Positions 1-8,182 of a stretch of DNA of 11,521 nt are shown one piece after another. The stretch's first letter is position 1; each line of letters opens with the position of its first letter. The stretch is from Paraspadella gotoi (lineage: Eukaryota > Animalia > Chaetognatha). A program made the position numbers and the translations under genes. The notes below the pieces were generated by a model. It searched no databases. It was not told the DNA's origin and saw nothing but the letters and a program-made list of their open reading frames with translations. The stretch covers positions 1-11,521 of the forward strand of contig JBJCIZ010001365.1 in assembly GCA_051294375.1 (NCBI GenBank), written 5' to 3'.

Positions 1-356
1 ATACTTTTAATTGAACCAAGGCTGGGCAGCTTACTTTTTATATTTTTATATTTTTAAGGGCTTTCTGAGGATATTAATATTGTTAATATTTTAATAAATA
101 CTTTGTTTAAAAAAGTGCTAAAAAGTTCCCAAAAAATTGAATTTAAAAACAATGAGTTGGAAAATGAAACACGATTTTGACAAGCAACTTTTCTCCACTC
201 ATTGTCAAGGCATATCTTAACTGATCAATATAAAAATTTTAACACATAAATAGTTTTAATATTTTCTACCCAACTCAATTTTTAAAATTTAATGAAATAA
301 CCACTGGTTTTGCAAATGACAGCATATTTCTACCGGCGCTTGTAAAATTGTCACCA

Positions 357-702
357 TGTAGGTTATGAGGCGACTTACCACCGGTCTCTCTTCTCTAAAC
401 CCTTCCTCTCTCCTCTTTCTCCGAGCCGGTCTTTTCCACACAGTCACTTTGCCCTAGCTTTGGCAATGACCTTAGATTGACTGGACACAGTAAAAGGGCC
501 GAGGCGACCGTAAGTGCAAGTTGATCCGGGCGATGATAAAGTGGATTAGGAGAGAGCTCGACTCACTTCTTTTCTCTTACATCATCACAATTCTTCTTAC
601 TTTAATTTATTACTATTTTTCGTCTTCTACAGTTATATGACCTGTAGGCGCGAGGCAGTCTGCTTTAAAGCGCCATACTAAAAGCTATTAAAAAGACATA
701 CA
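357..702. mobile_element. Possible solo LTR or other repeat remnant
   Basis: GC-richer island in AT-rich DNA, bounded by TGTAGG (357) and CATACA (702), with ATTAAA near 687. No target-site duplication found, so the call is weak. Confidence 0.2.
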
Positions 703-1304
703 ACTGAATAGAATAAAGGATAAAAAGTCTAATGACGACAAATACAATTTTTTAATCATTACTAAAATAATGTAGCTGCATCACAGCATGATTCAGTATA
801 CCATATTTTGAGCATGGGCTTTTATAATGAGGACTGTTAACCTTAACCCAAGACATTTTATGACACCTCAGTTCATATCAATTGGCTTCAGCACATGTTT
901 TTCCCATAAGCTTTTTTTGAATTTTATTGCATTTTAACATTGCTTGGGGACACGGACATGATATTTGATAAGCATATTGCCCATTTTTACCTCACATTTT
1001 TTTTTTAATTTTGAGAATGTAAAAGAGCATATCATCTAAATCGCAAATTGAGTAAATAATATTACTTCTCGTTGTGACCACCACATTTGTCTTTTCATGG
1101 CGCATCTTTATTGGACGCAGAAAACTTTCTGGCAACATTTATAGCGATACTGGGGATTCAAAATGAATGTCAACTGTCAAGTCTATTTTTGATCGACTTG
1201 CGCGCAGAGGGATGCTGACACCTGTCTTCTGGCTCACTGTAAATTTAATTTATCATATAAGTTAATGATATTTGGGACAATGATAATCTGAACACTTCTG
1301 GTGA

Positions 1305-2040
1305 CCTGATGGTTCCATCCGCCCTGCGGCGATTATCGGTCGCCTCAACGCCGTCACTAAGGATGATCGCTACCTCATCAGGAATTTGATGGACTTCAAT
1401 GCCGACATCGCAGGAAAAAAGATTTTTTCAAAAATAGATCTCTGCAAAGGCTATCATCAAATTCCAGTTGCAAAAGAAGACATCAAGAAGACAGCGGTAA
1501 TCACGCCCATTGGTCTTTGGGAGTACCCGCGCACGCCTTTTGGTCTCAAAAACGCGAGTCAGGACTTCCAGAGGATGATGGATGTTGTCCTCCGCGATGT
1601 CCCGCACGTCTTCGTGTACCTCGATGACATCCTCGTTGCCAGCGACAACGAAGAGCAACATCTTGAAGATCTTCGCCGATGCTTCAACAAACTCTCAGCA
1701 ATGGCCTCATTATCAACCGCGCAAAAATGCGTCTTTGGCGTCCCATCTCTCGACTTTGTCGGCCATCGTGTGGACGCCGAAGGAATTCGCCCTCAAGCGG
1801 ACAAAGTTGAGGCCATCAACAACTTCCCAACACCGACCAGCATCAAGGAGCTCCAACGATTTTGGGGATGCTCAATTAATACCGGCGTTTCATCAAAAGC
1901 GCCGCCCACAAGCTCTCCCTCTCTATGAATGTCTACGCGGCAATCCAAAGTGTCTCACATGGAATGAAAAAACAACAAAAGGCTTTCGAGGAGACAAAAA
2001 CAGCACTAGTCAATGCAACTATGTTAGCCCATCCAATTGA
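1305..2040 (+). pseudogene. Reverse transcriptase domain of Gypsy pol (main ORF 1386-1928)
   Basis: KIDLCKGYHQIP, KTAVITPIGLWEY, PFGLKNA, catalytic YLDD (1617-1628), KCVFG, FVGHRV, PTSIKELQRF. Confidence 0.93.
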
Positions 2041-2052
2041 CGGCGCCCAGCC

Positions 2053-2420
2053 TTGCTCTCACCGTTAACGCCTCCAACCTCGCCGTCGGCGGCGTCCTAG
2101 AACAGCTCGAGGATGACCTGTGGAAGCCAATTGGTTTTTTTCTCAAAACCCTTAAAACCAAACCAAACAAAATGGCCGCCTTTTGACCAAAAAATTACTC
2201 GCCGCTCATCTCGCCATCCGTCACTTCCGGCCATACCTTGAAGCACGTCAATTCACTCTCTACAGTGATCATAAACTCCCTCATCCCAGGCCTTGTTAAA
2301 AAAAGTGAGCCTCACACTATGCGTCAAGCCTATCAGCTCGCCGGCGTCGCTGAATTTACAACGGACATCAGATTCATTGAAGGGAAAGCCAACGTCGTCA
2401 CTGATGCCCTCTCTCGCATC
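2053..2420 (+). pseudogene. RNase H domain of Gypsy pol, frameshifted, first catalytic Asp appears as Asn
   Basis: ALTVNASNLAVGGVLEQ (AAC at 2067-2069 where the family has D of TDAS), WKPIGF, YSDHK, EGKANVVTDALSR. Confidence 0.85.
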
Positions 2421-2689
2421 GATGTTCCCCAACTCCCTGGTCAACCCGGCCTTGTAGCATCAGCAAGGGCTTGCAAAAGCCTTCACAGCATCGTTGCAGC
2501 GGTTGGCCCTCATGGAATTGACTTTGATGCAATGGCGAATGACCAACAAAATGACGCTGATGTGAAAAAACTACTCGACAATCCACTTACTGGAATTCGT
2601 TTCAAAGTTGTCAAATTGGTGAAGCTGATCTCATCTGCGATATCAGCAGTGGTCGCGCGCGCCCAATTGTTCCAAAAAAATGGCGCCGC

Positions 2690-3680
2690 CACGTTTTTGA
2701 CGTCATTCACGGCCTCGCCCATCCAGGTGTTCGCGCCACAAAAAACTAATAACGCAAAAATTTGTTTGGCCTTCGGCATCATCCGACGCTGCAGAATGGA
2801 GCCGCACGTGCATTATGTGCCCAACGCACTAAAGTGCAGGAACACGTCCGTGCCCCTCTTCAAGCCTTCGAGACACCGGAGAAACGTTTCCAACACGTCC
2901 ATATTGATCTTGTTGGCCCACTTCCAGAATCAGCCGGCCACACCTACTTACATGCATCGACCGTTTTACGCGATGGCCTGAAGCGATTCCACTCAGAGAA
3001 ATTTCCGCCGCCAATGTCGCCGTCAACTTCCTCCATGGTTGGGTCGCACGCTTTGGCGTCCCTATGACAGTTACTTCCGACCGTGGAGCTCAGTTCACCT
3101 CCGAGTTGTGGCATCAACTCTCTGAACTTGTTGGATATCGCCTCGCACAAACAACGGCCTATCATCCCACAAGCCAATGGCCTCGTGGAACGATTCCATC
3201 GCACCTTCAAAGCATCAATCAAAGCTCGATGCAAAGACGCCGGCGCCAACTTGGTTCCATCAGCTTCCATGGACGCTTCTTGGTCTCCGCGCGGCGCCAC
3301 GAGAAGAACTGGGCGCCTCCGCAGCTGAGCTTACTTCGGGGAGACTCTCGCTATTCCGGGCGACCTCATCTCAACCACAAACGAGGTCACCCTGAGGTTG
3401 ACCAATTGGCTCGTCAGGAGATGCTCCAAAACCTCCGCCATGATGTCTCACTGCTCCGACCAAAACCAGGCTCAAATCATGCAAACATAAAAGTAAACTT
3501 TCCTGATTCTTTAAAAAATTCAAAATTTGTTTTTATCAGGCGAGATGGCCACGCCCCCCACTAACGGCGCCATACGACGGGCCCTTCCAAGTGAAAGAGC
3601 GCAGAGAAAAGACCTTCATCGTCAACATACCCGGAAGAGGCGACCAAGTCATTTTGGTCGACCGCCTTAAACCTGCCACC
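2690..3680 (+). pseudogene. Integrase domain of Gypsy pol (HHCC zinc finger, DDE core, GPY/F), frameshifted
   Basis: HGLAHPG and CIMC; catalytic D at 2906-2908 (HIDLVGP), D at 3079-3081 (TSDRG) and E at 3188-3190 (GLVER); PYDGPF near 3570; DRLKP near 3660. Confidence 0.92.
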
Positions 3681-4037
3681 ATCGATGAAGATAACCTACC
3701 CACGCCACCAACTGCATGCCCAATCGGTCGACCTGCCATTGGAAGACGCGATGCGACTTCTTCACGAGTCCAACCCAGTACAGCACAACCTCAAGCCGAA
3801 GCCCTTTCTCCATCGATTGTCCACCCCACTGGTGGTCTCCACGAGAGCCAAAGCGTCGCAACGCCAATGCCAACAGAAAACTACAACAAGACGCCAACCT
3901 CCAAGAGCTTCAAAGGCGCGACATCGAATTCCGGAGATGAGAGTCCCACTGCCGAACTCCCTCCACCCTCCCGACGAAAATTCCGAAGATGAGCCTCTCC
4001 GTTCAAGATCAGACGCGCCCCTTCCGGCGACGGTCTT

Positions 4038-4045
4038 GGGGGGGA
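4038..4045 (+). promoter_or_regulatory. Polypurine tract of the Gypsy element
   Basis: GGGGGGGA directly before TGT at 4046 and 46 nt after the pol stop. Confidence 0.75.
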
Positions 4046-4430
4046 TGTCTGGTGACCTGAATTGACCTCGTTCAATTAACTTACCCTCGTCGCAAAAATA
4101 CAACTCACCAAACAATATGAAACCTCAACGTCTTTGTTCTCGTCGTCGTCGGTCAACCTCTCTCTCTCTCTCCTCCATCCTTTATATTTTGAAAAATCTG
4201 GTTTTTTCTCTCTCTCTAAAATAACGTCGTCTTAACGGTTAACCTTTTATTATTCGTTTTGTCTACAATCAATTTTGCCTCAAGTATTTTTCGTCTATTT
4301 TTATTATTGTTAGTACGTTGTAATAACATATACATTTCTCAATTGTAAATATTGTTTTTTATTGTAAGTAGTTAATATAATTAATTAAAATTAATCAACG
4401 ACTCTTCTTCATAACGAGGGTTTCCAAACA
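4046..4430 (+). repeat. 3' LTR of the Gypsy element (~385 bp)
   Basis: Starts TGTCTGG after the PPT and ends CCAAACA (6/7 inverted match). Contains (CT)n runs at ~4158-4172 and ~4208-4217 and ATTAAA near 4385. No full second copy is in the window. Confidence 0.7.
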
Positions 4431-4869
4431 CTTAGCTTTCATTTAAGCTCTTTACGATAATTATTGTAAAAGATTAAAAAATATATTGCCATTTAAATGC
4501 AATTATAATTTATAAGTATTGATTCCAAACTGTATATAATTGGAAATTCAAAAGATGATTTTGCTGTGTGAATTAAAATTAGTAATACTTTTTTAAAACC
4601 TATTGGTTTTATTTTTTTCATTATCAACTTTTGTTAATTTATTTGTCAAAAAATAAATTAATAAAACGTTAATGAGATGAAAATGTGCAAAAAAGAATGA
4701 AATTAAAATGTGCAAAAAAGAATAAAATAGAATGAGCTAATAAAATTGAAGGGATTATGAGTAAGTTTTATTAGTCATTGGACCGGGATGAACTTTATAG
4801 ATAGTATAATTTTTAAACACTTTATTTGCGCAATTTCTATTCCAATGACAATAGTCAACGACAAATGTC

Positions 4870-4875
4870 TTTATT
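4870..4875 (-). promoter_or_regulatory. Candidate polyadenylation signal of the 7TM gene
   Basis: AATAAA on the minus strand ~63 nt after the stop at 4938; a second copy at 4821-4826. AT-rich context weakens the call. Confidence 0.35.
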
Positions 4876-4937
4876 TAAGTTTAATTGTAAGAATGTTAAA
4901 ATCGCGAAACTCATTTAGGAACTGGGTTTTTTTTAAT

Positions 4938-5626
4938 TTAAATCAGTTTTTTTTTACACATAAATGAGGGTCTTGTTTTTGGAAAAAAAAAACAGAACCA
5001 AAAACATAAAAAAAGGACCAAATAAGATATGAAAAAATACGCCAAACAAATTTTCTCACTGCCTCCTCGAAATGATTTAGAATTTTGATAAAAAGTGAAA
5101 ATATGTATCACTTTATCAATAGTAGAGTTCAAAAACAGAAGAATAATTAATAATGAGCAGAATCTTTCACACTTCTTCATTTGAGCCAATTGTTTCTTTG
5201 ATTTCAATCCAGAGGAACTGATTTCTTTCAATTTTGCTCTTATCCGAATTAGGTTAGTAATTGACCAGATGCATAGAATAAGATCATGAGTGGCATTAAT
5301 GCAAAGCATCACCACCCGATTGTAGAAAAGTATATCAGAATTATAATGATCATCAAAAACATCAAAAATAATTTCCATCAGGTTGCAGACATGAAAAATG
5401 AAAAGATATACTAAAGTTAGCATGTGGCGGCCAATGGCTCGACTTGTCAGCCAGTCATCCTTGTATTGTAAAGGTTGACAGAACATACGAGTCAAGTCCA
5501 AAATAACAAGACTCACAGCAACCTTGCGATAATCAATAATAGCAATGCCAACTGAGTGTGTATCGAGTGGTAATGATAAGCTCCAAACCCTTGGTGAGAA
5601 TTTGATGGGTTATTTAATTCATAGAA
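4938..5626 (-). CDS. Last exon of the 7TM receptor-like gene (TM3-TM7)
   Basis: The ORF 5516-4938 stays open upstream to 5609 and holds five hydrophobic segments. One extra base near 5609 would link it to the acceptor at 5627. Confidence 0.6.
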
Positions 5627-5838
5627 CTAGAAGAAAAAAAAAACAATATTGTAATAAATTTTAAAAATTTAAAATAATCTTTTGACTTTTTTTTCAGATT
5701 TAAATGCCTTGTAAAAAGTTAATATAACTATATGTACAATAAGGCGGGACAAAATTGAACACTTTTTATAAATTCTAGTTCTCTCAAAACAAGATTCAGC
5801 AAACAATGTCAAGATCTGCCTACGATAATAAGTTGTAA

Positions 5839-6205
5839 TAACTTGCATAATTTAATCAACTTGCATAATTTGGTCAACTGATATAATTTGGTTAACTGAC
5901 ATAATTTGGTCTACTGACATAATTTGGTCAACTGACATAATTTGGTCAAACCGACTTAATTTGTTTAACTGACATAAATTGGTTAACTGAACATAATTTG
6001 TTCAACTGACATAATTTGGTCAAACTGACATAATTTGGTCAATTAAGATAATTTGGTCCAACCGGCATAATTTGGTCAACTGGCATAATCTTATCAACTG
6101 GCATAATTTGGTCAACAGGCATAATTTGGTCAACTTGCAGAATTTGGTCAACTGGCATAATTTGGTCAATTGGCATATTTTTGTCAATTGGCATAATTTG
6201 GTCAA
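5839..6205. repeat. 18-bp minisatellite, about 20 copies, consensus AACTGRCATAATTTGGTC
   Basis: Head-to-tail units without unique spacers, followed by (TCAA)n at ~6202-6217 and (GA)n at ~6219-6236; lies in the 7TM intron. Confidence 0.95.
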
Positions 6206-6293
6206 TCAATCAATCAATGAGAGATAGAGAGAGAGAATCTTTGAAAAATTCAAATAAATGTGTCTTTTGGTTTTCTAATTTGAACTCCTACGT

Positions 6294-6460
6294 GGGAGGA
6301 ATTCCTTGGGGAGGAATTCTGTGTGGGAGGAATCCCGCGGGGAGGAATCCCGTGTGGGAGGAATCCCGTGTGGGACGAATCCCATGGGGAGGAATCCCGC
6401 GTGGGAGGATCCCGTGTGGAGGAATCCAGTTGGGAGGAATCCCGTGTTAGAGGAATACCA
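6294..6460. repeat. G-rich 14-16-bp minisatellite, about 11 copies, consensus GGGAGGAATCCCGTGT
   Basis: Directly visible tandem units. Confidence 0.93.
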
Positions 6461-7108
6461 CAGCCACCTTAAACTTATATAGTAATAAAATAATCTTTAA
6501 ATGCTTCCGTGCGCTTATCAATAGGCTAAATTTTAAAAATTATTTTCATTTTCATATTCTCTAACAGTCACTTAACCATTATTTATTTGAGAGAAACTTC
6601 CAGTTTTCAACCTGTTTCCGGCCTAATGTACAATTATATATAACGATTTACTCATAACAGCTATTAACCTCACTAATAAACTTACAGTTCGGTCACAATC
6701 CTTAATGTGTCTATAAATATTGCTCATCGTGTCAAAGTAACCTGTGATGAGCAAGGCGATGAGGGCGAGATAATCAATGAGGAAATAGACTCTTATTCCT
6801 CCTTTGGTCTTGAAGACAAGAAAGAGTTGCAAAAGTGATTGCGACAAGAGACTGGACCACGATAATCCCAATCATCATCCACTTTAAAGCTATTATCTTC
6901 TTATACCAGCTAATTTATTTGCCTCTGATAAAATGCACGGTTAAAGGATCCTGATAGAAAAGGAGCTGCCTCAGTTATTATTATAAATTTAATTTTTTTA
7001 ATGTGGTACTGTAGTAAAGCAGTGCAAATTTTACCCTTATGATAAGCAAGGTACCTTGGTACTCTTGCGTGAATCGTGCGACTCATGCGTGAATCGCCGA
7101 CGACATCA

Positions 7109-7610
7109 CTATTTGAATGAAGTCAATGAACTACAGCTTACATAGATTGCACAAAAAACAACTGCAAAAACTATACAGTCCTGTGAAAAAAAGAGGACAC
7201 CCACAAACATTATTGGTGAAATTAAGGTAAGTAGCTCAATGTTGTCAACGTACTTGGAACGTACGTCGAAGCCTCCTCGTTGTCTCCCCCGTCTTGTAGC
7301 TGGTACGGAAGAAGGGCCGTCCCAAACGTCCCTCGAAGTCGTTGCCGGAATAGACGCGCGGAGCTTGGCGCCGGTGGGCGAGCGCCGAAGCGTTGAGGCG
7401 TCGTGGAAACGAGACTCGTGATCGCCGATGGCCAGCGTCACGAGTGTGGTCGACGAGGTCGTCACGAATGTGGTACATGGAGTGACCACAAGTCTGTCCA
7501 CAAGTCCGCCGCCCAAGTCTATCACACCACCGAGGGCCATCCACTTGGCAGTCCGTAAGTCGGCTCACAAGCCTATGTCGGCGTGGGCTCAAAGCGGGCT
7601 CATAGGCCAT
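7109..7610 (-). CDS. Candidate small LTR-encoded protein, frame uncertain (142 aa spliced from ATG 7610, or 143 aa unspliced from ATG 7540)
   Basis: GC-rich block downstream of the TATA/Inr. gacATGG at 7610; candidate intron 7253-7181 joins it in phase 0 to DCIVFAVVFCAIYVSCSSLTSFK-stop. Confidence 0.3.
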
Positions 7611-7653
7611 GTCCAAGTCTAACTGTAAAAGGTATCATGAACAATGGAGTAAC

Positions 7654-7683
7654 GTGACGTGACTCAACGTGACGGTGACGTAA
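7654..7683. promoter_or_regulatory. Cluster of CRE/AP-1-like bZIP motifs
   Basis: TGACGT at 7655, TGACTCA at 7660-7666, TGACG at 7670 and TGACGTAA at 7676-7683. Confidence 0.4.
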
Positions 7684-7721
7684 TGGGTGGCCTAACCTCG
7701 TAAAAGGCCGTTTTTGGACGG

Positions 7722-7754
7722 GCTGAGAAAGTCTAGAGTCTATGGGCCTATATA
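7722..7754 (-). promoter_or_regulatory. LTR core promoter: TATA box plus initiator
   Basis: TATATA at 7754-7749; TCAGC at 7726-7722 with its A exactly 30 nt from the first T of the TATA box. Confidence 0.55.
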
Positions 7755-7883
7755 TCTGGTGAAAAGAGAAAAGGAGGAGTGTAATCTCCTAAAGGTGTGA
7801 TAAAACACAATATATCAAAGACAGGAGAATGGTAAAACTAATGATACATGAAATAATGCAAAAGGAGGCGCCATATCCTCACA

Positions 7884-7894
7884 CCCCGCCTTTT
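7884..7894 (-). promoter_or_regulatory. Polypurine tract of the minus-strand element
   Basis: AAAAGGCGGGG directly followed by TGT. Confidence 0.65.
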
Positions 7895-7918
7895 CAGATC
7901 TCGTAAGAGATCTGAAAA
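7891..7918. repeat. Perfect 12-bp inverted repeat (hairpin, 4-nt loop) overlapping the PPT
   Basis: TTTTCAGATCTC-GTAA-GAGATCTGAAAA. Confidence 0.9.
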
Positions 7919-7974
7919 TCCCTAGAACGAAGTCCGTACTGAAAAGGGGAAGATGTGAAGACGTGGACTTATAG

Positions 7975-8182
7975 TATGAAAAGGAAAAGGAAAAAAGGAG
8001 ACCGGAAAAATACGGAGAAATAATATAGTAAAGGAAAGGAGAGAGATAGAAAAGGAGGAAAGAAAGGAATAGGAAACAAGGGATGGAAGAGAAAAAAAAA
8101 AGGAAAGAAGAAAAGGGAGGAAAGGGAAGAAGGAGAAAAAGAAAAGAAGAAAAAAAAAATAAAGTGAAACAAGGAAAAATAA
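7975..8182. repeat. Purine-rich low-complexity tract (U/C-rich on the element's sense strand)
   Basis: About 200 nt made almost entirely of A and G on the plus strand. Confidence 0.8.

Larger units (their letters stand above)
1305..3992 (+). pseudogene. pol: Gypsy pol polyprotein (RT, RNase H, integrase) with many frameshifts
   Basis: Motifs read across frames: PDGSIR.CGDY.RLN; FSKIDLCKGYHQIP; PFGLKNA; YLDD; NVVTDALSR; HGLAHPG; HIDLVGPLP; TSDRGAQF; NGLVERFHRT; PYDGPF; DRLKP. A low-complexity Pro/Ser/Thr tail ends at TGA 3990-3992. Confidence 0.92.
1297..4430 (+). mobile_element. Ty3/Gypsy LTR retrotransposon, 5'-truncated (no gag or protease), degenerate
   Basis: Domain order RT-RNase H-integrase with GPY/F motif, followed by a polypurine tract and a TGT...ACA-bounded LTR. 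Confidence 0.93.
4938..6950 (-). pseudogene. Divergent 7-transmembrane, rhodopsin-family-like receptor gene; exons ~6950-6686 and 5626-4938; disrupted by apparent frameshifts
   Basis: Seven hydrophobic segments can be assembled: WMMIGIIVVQSLVAITFATL; LIDYLALIALLITGYF; VGIAIIDYRKVAVSLVILDLTRMFCQPLQY (like DRYxAIxxPLxY); MLTLVYLFIFHVCNLMEIIF; VVMLCINATHDLILCIWSI; FCSLLIILLFLNSTI; ICLAYFFISYLVLFLCFWFCFFFP. Donor GTAAGT at 6685; acceptor T-rich CTAG at 5627; upstream acceptor CAG at 6951. Frame breaks near 6916, 6783 and 5609. Confidence 0.6.
7010..7883 (-). repeat. 3' LTR (~0.87 kb) of the minus-strand element
   Basis: Begins TGTGAG at 7883 directly after the PPT and ends TACTACA at 7010 (alternative end CCACA at 7002), where AT-rich host intron resumes. 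No second copy to confirm it and no canonical AATAAA seen. Confidence 0.6.

Noticed and set aside
1222-1241. Tc1/mariner-like end (CACTG followed by TA)
   Set aside because: No matching inverted terminus or transposase in the window.
1428-4115. Minus-strand and alternate-frame ORFs over the Gypsy pol as separate genes
   Set aside because: They are antisense shadows or frameshifted pieces of one pol gene.
4629-4723. AT-rich inverted repeat (4629-4666) and duplicated AAAATGTGCAAAAAAGAAT
   Set aside because: Short and AT-rich, with no TSD or other sign of an element or function.
5839-6460. CRISPR array, or the repeat-derived ORFs 6020-6205 and 6181-6450
   Set aside because: Units are head-to-tail with no unique spacers, there are no cas genes, the context is a eukaryotic intron, and the ORFs merely translate the repeats.
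7761-7790. Plus-strand PPT followed by TGTAA as an LTR start
   Set aside because: No plus-strand pol precedes it; pol end, ORF, PPT and TATA/Inr all agree with a minus-strand element, and this tract lies inside that LTR.
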